Positions 1 through 14,294 of a stretch of DNA of 64,000 bases are shown here, piece after piece (positions within the stretch are counted from its first letter, which is position 1; the number at the start of each line of letters is the position of its first letter). Both the position numbers and the translations under genes were made by a program. The notes below the pieces were generated by a model. The model was not told where the DNA came from, did no database searches, and was given only the letters and a program-made list of their open reading frames with translations. Origin of the DNA: Eledone cirrhosa (Eukaryota); the NCBI GenBank assembly GCA_964016885.1, contig OZ024758.1, positions 39,866,001-39,930,000 of the forward strand, given 5' to 3'.

Positions 1-2260
1 TGAAGCCGATCCGTGGTTTCAGCGATGAGTACGATGTCATCAGCGAAACGGATGTGGGTAAGTATCTCCTCATTGATGGTGACACCGCCTTGCCAGTCAA
101 TGCCTCTGATGATCTGCTCGAGACACGCGGTGAAAACTTTTGGAGAGATCGTATCTCCTTGCTTCACTCCCTTCTCGACCGGCACTCGTACGGGTGATGA
201 CAGCAGAGCTGTGTCGGTGGTGCATCCGGAATTCGCCTCCTTGAGCAGTTGAACGTATTGCGCCTCGACTCCTTGCCTCTGCAGCGAGTTCAGCACTGCG
301 TTGATTTCGACGCTGTCGAAGGCCTTCTTGTAGTCTACGAACGCGACGCAAAGAGGCATCTTGTACTCTTTTGCTTGCTCAAGCAGTTGTGTCAGAGTAA
401 ATATGTGGTCCATCGTGCTGTAGTTCTTCCGGAAGCCGGCTTGCTCTTTCGGTTGCTGTTCGTCCAGATGATGTGATAACCTGTTCAGGATTATCTTCGT
501 GAACAGCTTGTACACGTGAGACAGCAGGAATATGGGTCGGTAGTTCTTCAGATCTTCTCTATCGCCCTTCTTTTATAGCAGGATGGTATTCGACTCTTTC
601 CACTGCGAGGGTATTCTTCCCTCGTCCAGATCGTGTGTGAATCGCTCGGCGAGGATTTTCCAGAGCTGCTCTCCGCCTGACTTCAACACCTCCGATGTTA
701 TGCCGTCTTTCCCTGGCGCCTTTCCGCTTTTCATTACACCGACGGCTCTTTCGACCTCACCGACAAGGATGGGTGGCACATTTTCTTCCTGTTGGAGTGA
801 CGGCAACGGCTGCACATTCCCGGCAGACTTGAAGAGCTTGGTGTAGAAGTCTTCGTAAATCTTTTCCATCTCATTCTTGTCGCTGACCGGTACTCCAGCT
901 GTGTTCTTCAGGGTCGTCACCTCCGATCTGTACATTGCCATGTCCGTCTCGCATTTCTTGAGGCTCTTCTTTTCCTCTGCGGCCTTCAGGAGCTTCCCCA
1001 TCCGGTATGCCTCGAAGTCTCTCTTCAGTTGCCGTATCACTCTGCTGAGAAAGGAATATTCGAGGTGATTTTCAGGTGTCCTCTTCATAATCTTCCTCTT
1101 CTCAAGCAACTTCATAGTTTCCTCCCAGACTCTTCCCTTCCGCTCCTTCGGGCACACACCCTTAGCCTTCCTCAAGCACTCCTTCAGTTTCCTTATCAGT
1201 GAGTCGTAGTCAGCGTCTATGCCGTCTCCTTTACACCACTTTTCCTGCATGATGGCTTCCTGCTGCTGCGCCTCGTTGAAGACCCAGACGCGTTCTCCCT
1301 TCGACGCCAAATGCAGCGCCTTCTTCTCCCTCGTCCGATCGATGACGACCTTCGCCCTCACCAGACGATGATCACTGCCAGTGTTAAATGGCGTTATGAC
1401 GGAGACGTCCTGCAGTATACGTGGCTTGTCGACCAGGATGTAGTCGATCTCGTTTCCGTGCTCAGAATTTAGCGATACCCAGGTCCATCTTTTCTCCTCC
1501 TTCTTCCTGAATAGGCTGGTTCCGATGTAGAGCCGTCTCATCTCCGCCATGGTGACCAGACACTCTCCTCTCTCATTTCGATCTCCTAGGCCGAATTTTC
1601 CTACATACTCTTCCCCTTGCCGTCCCTGTCCGACCTTTGCGTTGAAGTCCCCCATCACGACGGTGTAAGTGGACTTCACAGCTAGCACTTTGTCTAGCTG
1701 GCGAGAGAATTCTTCCACTTCCTCGTCGTCGCTGGCACTTGTGGGAGCGTAGGTCTGGATGATCTTGAGGGTGGCCTTCCCTGAGAGGTTTATGTTCAGT
1801 ACACCAATCCGTGACGATATGAACTGGCAAGAAGTGACCTTCGAAGCCCATTCCTTGCTTACGATAAACCCTATACCAATCTGGCATCCTCTGCTTTCCC
1901 GAGTCGCACGGCGCATACATCTTGCCATCGGGAATTCGCCTCCTTCTTCTGGCGGGTCTCGCACAGCCCTAACACGTCCCACCTGATCTTCTTCTTCTCC
2001 TCCATTAGGTGGTTCAGTCCTTGCCCCCCTGCCAAAGACCTGCAGTTGTATGTGCATATGGCAAGGTTAGTCCTGTTCCATGGCGGCCTTCGGGAACCTG
2101 TGATTCTTAGCAGCCTCTCGTCGCTCGGGTTGCACTCCGCCGTCATGGAGTAGCCCGATTGACTCGCAGGGTACTGAGGCCCTTTTCTTCGTGCTGTTTT
2201 AACCATAAGATGACGCCATCCCATTGGCTGGGCGGGCAGGCCGGTACCTCTTCAGTTTAG
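1..2260 (-). mobile_element. RTE-clade non-LTR retrotransposon (family 1), frameshifted, runs off the window start
   Basis: Minus-strand frames give an APE endonuclease (ICTYNCRSL, LGLCETR, YAPT, MGDFNAKVG, EIDYIL, GSDHRLV), the RT N-terminus (KAPGKDGI, WKES) and, at ~25-86, [23 protein letters not shown] (RT catalytic motif). The reading frame is broken by frameshifts and a stop at 573-575. Confidence 0.92.
573..2057 (-). pseudogene. Largest open segment of the RTE ORF (APE endonuclease + RT N-terminus)
   Basis: 494-aa ORF with endonuclease motifs. The true N-terminus lies in the overlapping frame 1871-2224 and the RT continues in other frames below 573. Confidence 0.85.
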
Positions 2261-2328
2261 CTAGCTTTTGAACTCTAGAGGATGATGAATCATCTCTAGG
2301 ACCCAATTCGGGTCAAACAAATAAAAAA

Positions 2329-2359
<31 letters not shown>

Positions 2360-2362
2360 CAT

Positions 2363-2488
2363 ATACTTGGGGAGGTTCATATTGTTGTAATAATATTGCC
2401 AGAAATAATAACACTGTTTGGTTGGTTTTCGCTTCTGTATCTTTTATATCTCCATAGTTAATTTATTTGGCAATCAAAGAACTTTGTT

Positions 2489-2560
<72 letters not shown>

Positions 2561-2686
2561 ACCATTGGTCAATCAATGCCAAATAAATTAACTATGGAGA
2601 TATAAAAGATACAGAAGCGAAAACCAACCAAACAGTGTTATTATTTCTGGCAATATTATTACAACAATATGAACCTCCCCAAGTAT
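2363..2686. repeat. ~110-bp near-perfect inverted repeat around a (TA)n spacer
   Basis: 2363-2472 (atacttggggaggttcat...atttggca) is the reverse complement of 2577-2686. Confidence 0.9.
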
Positions 2687-4815
<2,129 letters not shown>

Positions 4816-4828
4816 CTATAGATATATA

Positions 4829-4985
4829 ATTGTTTCTACTTTTGGCACAAGGCCAGCAATTATCCCAGTGTATTACTGGTACTTTATTCTATCGATCCCG
4901 TAAGGATGAAAGGCAAAGTTAACCTCGACAGGATTTGAACTCGGATCATAAAGGGAGGTAACTATGCTGGAAAGCATGGCGTCCA
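4829..4985 (-). mobile_element. tRNA-derived SINE with Meta-like central domain
   Basis: Reverse strand reads gagttcaaatcc (B-box-like) then gaggttaactttgcctttcatccttacgggatcgatagaataaagtaccag. Homologous copies at ~17940-18100 and 60170-60950. Confidence 0.7.
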
Positions 4986-5003
4986 ATCCTCTACCGATAA
5001 TAT

Positions 5004-5180
5004 ATCATCATCATCATTTCATTTTACGTCCACTTTTCCCTGCTTGCAAGGGTGAGACGGGAACTGATTCTGGCTTGATCTCTACAGCTGGATGCTCTTC
5101 CTAACACCAACCTCATTTACAGTGAGTGGTGGGTGCTTTTTCTCCGTGACACCTCCACGACCACTTTGCAGTGGAATGAT
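5004..5180 (-). mobile_element. Short RTE 3'-end element ((GAT)n tail + 3' UTR)
   Basis: catcatc...ttacgtccacttttccctgcttgc...ctacagctggatgc matches the RTE 3' end at 3025-3260. Copies at 18111-18280 and 29722-29896. Confidence 0.75.
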
Positions 5181-5207
5181 AGGGACTGGGGTCCCTATCA
5201 TCTCATT

Positions 5208-5345
5208 TCTACAGCTGAGTAAACTGGAGCAATGTGAAATAAAGTGTCTTGCTCAAGGAAACAACGCATCACCTGGTCTGAGAATTGAACTCACAACCTT
5301 TCGATTACCAGTCCATTTCTCTAACCACTAAGCCATGTGCCTCCA
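5208..5345 (-). mobile_element. tRNA-derived SINE, CORE-like
   Basis: Reverse strand has an A-box-like tggcttagtggttag, B-box-like gagttcaattc, then ccttgagcaagacactttatttcacattgctccagt. Related copies at 18310-18450, 25670-25900 and 58830-58940. Confidence 0.7.
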
Positions 5346-5388
5346 TGTATATATATATAATATATAATAATTTCTATACTTTTTCATT

Positions 5389-5478
<90 letters not shown>

Positions 5479-5688
5479 TGTATATATATATGTAGATAAA
5501 TCTACCAAGAGTTTACGGTAGTGTCCAATACGTATGAAGAACTCAATGTAATCCGGATATCATGGAAAGAAGAGATGCAATGAAAAATCACTTTCGGTGA
5601 AAGATAAACGGAATACAGAGTCAAGATAAAATATTAAAAAAATAATGAATAAAACAATGAAACAGTTCCTTATATTAAACAAAAAAAG

Positions 5689-5843
5689 TTCATTATTTAA
5701 CGATCGTTTCTAGGATATATATGTGTTAGAATTGGCATGCATATTCAACAGATCTATGTACAAAATTATACAAAATTATACAAACTATCAAAATTAAATA
5801 TACATACCAAACACATATATATGCCGTCTTCAGAAATAATGAA
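5689..5843 (-). ncRNA. Type I hammerhead ribozyme, intact core, long stem II
   Basis: Reverse strand: stem I ttcattattt / aaataatgaa (10 bp), CTGAAGA, stem II base atatatatgtgtt / aacacatatatat, GAAAC-gatc-GTT (2-bp stem III with palindromic cgatcg, GUU triplet). Confidence 0.8.
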
Positions 5844-6469
5844 ATATATTTGTTGATAATAACAACAATTCAAAATTTCAGGTCCGTTTGGGAACAGAGT
5901 TCAAATTGACCAATGAAAATACAAACAATTTTATGCAGTTTGGTGTGTGTATATACATGTAATTAACTTCGTACACATATTTACATAAAGATATATGTTC
6001 ACATGCATACGCATGCCAAAAAGATGTATGCAAATACAAAAATTCAAGGCTAATGTCTCTGTAAGTTTATAATCCACAGATAAAATGCGTATAGACACAT
6101 AAATATGAAATAAATGTATACACACATTCATATACTCATACATATTCGTACACTCACACACACACGCGCGTATATGCATAAACATACACATAACTACGAA
6201 CATACATACACACACACACCCCCACACACATATATATGTGCATATAGTATTATCATAAGCATATGGACATTAATGCACGCACATAAACACTGCCACACAC
6301 ATCTAGATCCAGATACAGAAATTAGGTGGGAGGGGGGGGAGAGGTCAGTATTCAACGGTTTCGGCAGACTGCCTATTTATAGATGTATCTATAAACTTAG
6401 AAATAAAAAGAAAAGAAAAAGAAAAAAGAAAAAAGAAATATATCAAGAAAATATATATATATATACATC

Positions 6470-6509
<40 letters not shown>

Positions 6510-6900
6510 CATATACATATATATATACACATATATACACACATACATATATACACACATACATATATATACACATATATACACACACATATATACACAC
6601 ACATATATATATATATATACACATATACATACATACACATATATATATATACAAACAAGTAAAATATAAATATAATGTATACATCGATATACATACATAT
6701 AGACATATAAATAAATACACACGCATACACACACATACATATACATACATATACATACACATATATATAAACACATACATACACATACATATACATACAC
6801 ATACCATATAAATACACATACACATACACAGACGCATACATATAGAGACACATACATATACAACTATAAATACATAGACACATACACACATAAACACATA

Positions 6901-6931
<31 letters not shown>

Positions 6932-6985
6932 TTACACACATATACACATACACGCATACACATATATATATATACACATATATAC

Positions 6986-7034
<49 letters not shown>

Positions 7035-7108
7035 TATATATATATATATATATATACACTCACAACACTCGTATATATATACACACTCATACATATACAC
7101 ACATATAC

Positions 7109-7185
<77 letters not shown>

Positions 7186-7312
7186 CAGTCACATCTACAT
7201 ACATATATATATATAAATACACTCATATATATACACACATACACATACATACCCACATATAAATATATATATATACATAAATATATATATACACACATAC
7301 ACACATACACAT

Positions 7313-7391
<79 letters not shown>

Positions 7392-7561
7392 TATACACAT
7401 ACATACACATACATACACATATACACACATACATATATACTCACACACACACACCTACACATACATACACATACACATATATAAAGATATAAATAACACT
7501 TATTGAATTTCAGAATGAATACTGGACCAGAATCACATATAGTAATCTATTTGATATTACT

Positions 7562-9064
7562 ATGGGTTCAAGCGATTCCGCCCAAATTACTGATCTTGTG
7601 GGCCTCTTTCTCCTTTTCAACATAAATGCTTCCTTTCCCCACCTTAAAGGTGGTTTATATCGTGATGACTGTCTTCTTCTTTCCAACAACCTTAGCCTTT
7701 CAGAAATAGAAAAAAACAAAAAGCATATTAGAACTTTCCTTAAAGACTATTATAGTCTTCATATTACTTTTGAAAAAACAAGTAAAGTAGTAAATTTCCT
7801 AGATATAACTTTAGACTTAGCTACGGGTATCTACCAACCTTACCATAAACCCAACCAAAACTTACATTACATACACTCACAATCTAATCACCCTAAATCT
7901 ATCCTTAAAAACCTTGCATATAATATATCACTTAGAATTTCTAACCTTTCTTCTAACCAAGATGTATTTGATAAAAATGCGACCTTCTATAACGAAGCTC
8001 TAGATAGAAGTGGCCACAAAAATAGATTAGAATATATACCTTCTACTAAAAATACTAAAAACATACAACCTAATATTACCAACAAACACCAAATGAAAAG
8101 TACACACCTAAATGCCACCCACACTATACCCCAAAATACCAAATCTTCTAATATAAAATATAGTAACTCTCAAAAAACTACTCATCATACAACTCTAATA
8201 AATATTAATAATAAAACTCCTAATAAAAAAGATAAAACACCTAAATCTACAAATATAACTAAAAATGGTTGTGGTGAGATCATTAACATTAATCCTCCTA
8301 GTAAACATCACGATACAACCTATAAAAATAATAAAAATAATAAACAACATAGAAACCGTAATAGACGGGTTACTTGGTATAATGCTCCATTTAATTTACA
8401 AATTAAGGATAATATTGCTAAAAAATTTTTTTATATCCTAGAGAAAAACTTCCCGCCAAACCACAAATACCATCAAATCTTAAATAGGTCTACAGTTAAA
8501 TTCTCATACTCAACAACAAATAACATAAAACAAAATATAAGTGCCTATAATGCATATAAATGTAAGAAAACCATAAGTATACCACCAATACATCAAACTA
8601 ACCATAATATCTCCTCAAATACAGAATTAACGAAAGGTTGTAACTGTAGAAACAAAGCAAACTGCCCATTAAAAGGAAATTGTCTTGTTAACAACATAGT
8701 TTATAAATGTAATTTTAAAACTAAAGATTCTATTTGCTCATATATAGGAGCTACTTCTAACAATTTTAAGACAAGGTTTAATACCCACAAACATAGTTTT
8801 AAAAATGCCGCACTGGCTAATACAACATCTCTAGCAGAAAAAATCAATAGTTATAAAAATAAGAATATAGAATATGATTTGACCTGGAGTGTGCTCAAAA
8901 GAGCCACCCCTTATCAAAATAATAGAAATGAATGTAGATTATGTTCCCAAGAACTATTTGAAATAATGAAATCTAAGGATAACCTATTAAATAAACGACA
9001 GGAATTAATTATATCGTGTAATCATAAACTAAAAAAAACATTTAAATATTATAAACCTAATTAA
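7562..9064 (+). CDS. PLE protein, C-terminal half: RT domains 4-7/thumb + GIY-YIG endonuclease (Hydra-clade-like)
   Basis: (FDIT)MGS, LYRDD, VNFLDITL, YHKP..YIHSQSNHP, WYNAPF, CNCx5CPLKGNC, IVY...SYIG, RFNTH, CRLCSQE, LNKRQE..SCNH. The frame is open upstream to 7493, exactly the junction with the inverted arm, so 7562 is not the real start. Confidence 0.93.
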   Translation: MGSSDSAQITDLVGLFLLFNINASFPHLKGGLYRDDCLLLSNNLSLSEIEKNKKHIRTFLKDYYSLHITFEKTSKVVNFLDITLDLATGIYQPYHKPNQNLHYIHSQSNHPKSILKNLAYNISLRISNLSSNQDVFDKNATFYNEALDRSGHKNRLEYIPSTKNTKNIQPNITNKHQMKSTHLNATHTIPQNTKSSNIKYSNSQKTTHHTTLININNKTPNKKDKTPKSTNITKNGCGEIININPPSKHHDTTYKNNKNNKQHRNRNRRVTWYNAPFNLQIKDNIAKKFFYILEKNFPPNHKYHQILNRSTVKFSYSTTNNIKQNISAYNAYKCKKTISIPPIHQTNHNISSNTELTKGCNCRNKANCPLKGNCLVNNIVYKCNFKTKDSICSYIGATSNNFKTRFNTHKHSFKNAALANTTSLAEKINSYKNKNIEYDLTWSVLKRATPYQNNRNECRLCSQELFEIMKSKDNLLNKRQELIISCNHKLKKTFKYYKPN

Positions 9065-9975
9065 TAACATTATTTTAGAAATTAATATATAATTTAATTT
9101 AAATGTTAGTTAACCTATAAATTTAATTTAATTAAAATTCTACTACAGATGAGAATATAAAATATTGTGTAATCATAAATTGTGAAAAACCTTTAAATAT
9201 TACTAATATATACTTAGTAATTTAATTTATAGATTAATTTTAATTTAATTTATTTAACCCTTTATTAAAATTCCTTTACAGATAAAATATAACAAAATAT
9301 CGTGTATTCAATGACAGAGAAATAACTTTTAGTATTATAGACCTAATTAATATACATTTTAGAAATATATTTATAATTGGGTTTTAAATTTGGTCAACCT
9401 AAAAATTTAATTTAATTGGCTTAAAATTGGTATCCTAATACAGACGGATTGCAGAGTGTCATGTAATCATAGAATGGGATGGGTTTTGGATGTATACCTA
9501 GTTAATATATTCTTTGCAATTTTTGAAAAAATATGTATATGTATGTATATATATGTATATGTATGTATGTATATATATGTGTATATATATATGTATGTAT
9601 ATGTATATGTGTATGTATTAATTTTAATTTCTGTTTACATATAATTATATTCTACTATTGATAAAATACAATATCTGTTTTATTTATTATATACCTAATT
9701 AACATATACTATAGAAATTAATATATAATTTTTAATTTAGTTAACCTATAATTTATATTCTACTACCGATGTAATACTTTATTTGTTTTTTCCCTATTAC
9801 TAAATTCATTTCCTAATATTGATACCATAACGTTAATAATTTTAATTTAGTTATACTATAATTAATACTCTACTACTATTTAACTTCAAAATTCTGCTTC
9901 AAATATTATAAACCTAAGTAATTTACACCTTAGAAATCAATATATTAACTATCTTTAGTTTAGTTAACCTATAAT
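9010..9975 (+). repeat. Degenerate ~140-150-bp AT-rich tandem repeats derived from the PLE ORF end
   Basis: Recurring atatcgtgtaatcata (9011, 9161, 9297), tataaacctaattaa, gttaacctataa and ttctactac motifs. Confidence 0.6.
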
Positions 9976-10296
9976 TAATGGTATACTTATATTGAAATGC
10001 ATAATTTTGCCTTCTTTCTTGCATTTCCTAATACTGAAACTATGTAAACACATATTGTGATCCAAATACAGATTAATATTCTATGTTTCTTGAAACATAT
10101 ATTTACTATAATCCCCTTCTCCCCCCCCCCTTTCCCCCCTACTATTATTATTTGTATTTGTAAGCGTGTATGTATGTATGTATATGTAGGTAGGTGTATA
10201 TATGTTTGGGTGTTTATATGTAAGTATAAAAATACATATATGCGCATGCAAATAAGGGTGTATGATTGTGTGTATATATATGTGTATATATATACG

Positions 10297-10349
<53 letters not shown>

Positions 10350-10667
10350 GTGTACGTGTATGTGTATGTATATATATGTGTGTATGTATGTGTGTGTGTA
10401 TATGTGTATGTATATGTATGTCTCTCTATATATATGTGTATCTTTGTATCTATGTGGGTATATGTGTGTATGTAAATGTATGCACATGTATATGTCTATG
10501 TGTATATGTGTGTATGTGTATATGTGTACGTATGTGCGCATATATATGTGAGTGTGTGTGTGTGTATATATATGTATGTCTATATATATATGTATATATA
10601 TATATATATATATTGTTTATTATTATAATATAATATATGTATATATATATATGTGAAAATATGTATA

Positions 10668-10700
<33 letters not shown>

Positions 10701-10932
10701 TGTATATTTGTAGTTGATGTGTGTATATGTATGTATATATATGTGTGTGTGTATGTATGTGTGTATATATATGTATGTGTGTGTGTGTATGTGTGTGTGT
10801 GTATATATATATATACATATATGTATATGTATGTGTGTGCATATTTGTCTGACTGTGTGTATTAATTTATTTATTTTTTATTTATCTTATTTATTTATTT
10901 ATTTATTTTTTTTTTTTATATATATGTATGTG

Positions 10933-10964
<32 letters not shown>

Positions 10965-11018
10965 TGTGTGTGCATGTATATATATGTGTGTGTGTATGTG
11001 TATGTATGTATATATATA

Positions 11019-11058
<40 letters not shown>

Positions 11059-11162
11059 AATATATATATATGTATGTGTGTCTTTGTGTGTGTGTATATA
11101 TATGTATGTATGTGTGTATGTATGTGTTTGTATGTGTGTTTATGGTTGTACGTGTGTGTGGG

Positions 11163-11194
<32 letters not shown>

Positions 11195-11501
11195 TATGTG
11201 TATATGTATCTCTATTTATATGTGTATATATGTATATGTATATACCTTTTTCTTTGTATGTCTGAGTTGTGTGAGCGTCTAGTGGTGTTTGTATGTATAT
11301 ACGCATATATGGATGTGTATGTATTTGTATATATGCGTATATGTAAGTGCGTATGTGTGTGTGAGTATATATCTATGTCTATGTATGAGTATGTATGTGT
11401 GTGTATGTATGTGTGTGTGTATGTATGTATGTGTGTATGTGTGTATGTATATGTGTGTATATATATGTATGTATATGTATGTATGTATGTATATATGTAT
11501 G

Positions 11502-11535
<34 letters not shown>

Positions 11536-11664
11536 TGTATTTATTATATGTGTGTGTGTGTGTGTGTATTTATATCTTTATATATGTGTATGTATGTGTA
11601 GGTGTGTGTGTGTGAGTATATATGTATGTGTGTATATGTGTATGTATGTGTATGTATGTGTATA

Positions 11665-11707
<43 letters not shown>

Positions 11708-11857
11708 ATGTGTATGTGTGTATGTGTGTATATATATATATATTTATGTATATATATATATTTATATGTGGGTATGTATGTGTATGTGTGTATATATATG
11801 AGTGTATTTATATATATATATGTATGTAGATGTGACTGTATATATATATATATATAT

Positions 11858-11901
<44 letters not shown>

Positions 11902-11973
11902 GTATATGTGTGTATATGTATGAGTGTGTATATATATACGAGTGTTGTGAGTGTATATATATATATATATATA

Positions 11974-12030
<57 letters not shown>

Positions 12031-12083
12031 GTATATATGTGTATATATATATATGTGTATGCGTGTATGTGTATATGTGTGTA

Positions 12084-12137
<54 letters not shown>

Positions 12138-12560
12138 TATGTGTGTATGTGTCTATGTATTTATAGTTGTATATGTATGTGTCTCTATATGTATGCGTCT
12201 GTGTATGTGTATGTGTATTTATATGGTATGTGTATGTATATGTATGTGTATGTATGTGTTTATATATATGTGTATGTATATGTATGTATATGTATGTGTG
12301 TGTATGCGTGTGTATTTATTTATATGTCTATATGTATGTATATCGATGTATACATTATATTTATATTTTACTTGTTTGTATATATATATATGTGTGTATG
12401 TATGTATATGTGTATATATATATATATATGTGTGTGTATATATGTGTGTGTATATATGTGTATATATATGTATGTGTGTATATATGTATGTGTGTATATA
12501 TGTGTATATATATATGTATATGTATATATATGTGTGTGTGTGTGTGTGTATGTGTGGATG

Positions 12561-12591
<31 letters not shown>

Positions 12592-13201
12592 TTTCTTGAT
12601 ATATTTCTTTTTTCTTTTTTCTTTTTCTTTTCTTTTTATTTCTAAGTTTATAGATACATCTATAAATAGGCAGTCTGCCGAAACCGTTGAATACTGACCT
12701 CTCCCCCCCCCCCTCCCACCTAATTTCTGTATCTGGATCTAGATGTGTGTGGCAGTGTTTATGTGCGTGCATTAATGTCCATATGCTTATGATAATACTA
12801 TATGCACATATATATGTGTGTGGGGGTGTGTGTGTGTATGTATGTTCGTAGTTATGTGTATGTTTATGCATATACGCGCGTGTGTGTGTGAGTGTACGAA
12901 TATGTATGAGTATATGAATGTGTGTATACATTTATTTCATATTTATGTGTCTATACGCATTTTATCTGTGGATTATAAACTTACAGAGACATTAGCCTTG
13001 AATTTTTGTATTTGCATACATCTTTTTGGCACGCGTATGCATGTGAACATATATCTTTATGTAAATATGTGTACGAAGTTAATTACATGTATATACACAC
13101 ACCAAACTGCATAAAATTGTTTGTATTTTCATTGGTCAATTTGAACTCTGTTCCCAAACGGACCTGAAATTTTGAATTGTTGTTATTATCAATAAATATA
13201 T

Positions 13202-13356
13202 TTCATTATTTCTTAAGACGGCATATATATGTGTTTGGTATGTATATTTAATTTTGATAGTTTGTATAATTTTGTATAATTTTGTACATAGATCTGTTGA
13301 ATATGCATGCCAATTCTAACACATATATATCCTAGAAACGATCGTTAAATAATGAA
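13202..13356 (+). ncRNA. Type I hammerhead ribozyme, core mutated (CTTAAGA)
   Basis: Same fold as 5689-5843 but with a G>T change in the CUGANGA box at 13214. Confidence 0.7.
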
Positions 13357-13520
13357 CTTTTTTTGTTTAATATAAGGAACTGTTTCATTGTTTTATTCAT
13401 TATTTTTTTAATATTTTATGTATATATATATATATATATGTGTATATGCATACACAGACACACACACACATATATATGTGTGTGTGTGTATGTATATATA
13501 TATATGTGTGTGTGTGTATG

Positions 13521-13551
<31 letters not shown>

Positions 13552-13554
13552 ATG

Positions 13555-13585
<31 letters not shown>

Positions 13586-13618
13586 ATGTATATATATATA
13601 TATGTGTGTGTGTGTATG

Positions 13619-13651
<33 letters not shown>

Positions 13652-13704
13652 ATGTATATATATATGTGTGTGTGTGTGTATGTATATATATATGTGTGTG
13701 TGTG

Positions 13705-13749
<45 letters not shown>

Positions 13750-14294
13750 ATGTATATATATATATATAGATGTGTGTGTGTGTGTATGCATATATATATA
13801 TATATATGTGTGTGTGTGTATTTATATGTATATATGTGTGTGTGTATATATATGTATATATATATATATGTGTGTGTGCGTATGTGTATATATATATATA
13901 TATGTGTGTGTATGTATATATATATATATATATGTTTGTGTATGTATATATATATATATATATGTGTGTGTGTATGTATATATATATATATATGTGTGTG
14001 TGTGTATGTATATATATATATGTGTGTGTGTGTATGTATATATATATATATACATAGATTGATATCTATCTTTACTGGTGACTCATCACAGACAAAGACT
14101 AAACTATACAGAGGTTTTTCAACTTACGTCAATGTAACAGATACACACACACACATATATATATATATATACATGTACACACATGGCAGGTATTTACATA
14201 GGTGCAATCACACACACACACACATATATATATATATGTACACACACGTCAGGTATTTACATAGGTGCAATCACACACATACCAATGAAACAAA

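Larger units (their letters stand above)
5490..13419 (+). mobile_element. Penelope-like element (PLE), 5'-truncated, with inverted pseudo-LTR at the 5' side
   Basis: RT/GIY-YIG ORF flanked by inverted arms ~5626-7495 and ~11568-13419. An extra ~135-bp tail (5490-5625) is on the inverted arm only. Both ends lie in (TA)n and each arm has a hammerhead motif. Confidence 0.9.

Noticed and set aside
2200-2320. HDV-like ribozyme at the RTE family-1 5' end
   Set aside because: Two small hairpins are present (2275-2299, 2300-2314) but I could not build the nested double pseudoknot.
5250-5345. tRNA genes at SINE heads (also ~25680 and ~58830)
   Set aside because: Only A/B-box remnants, no cloverleaf, followed by SINE body.
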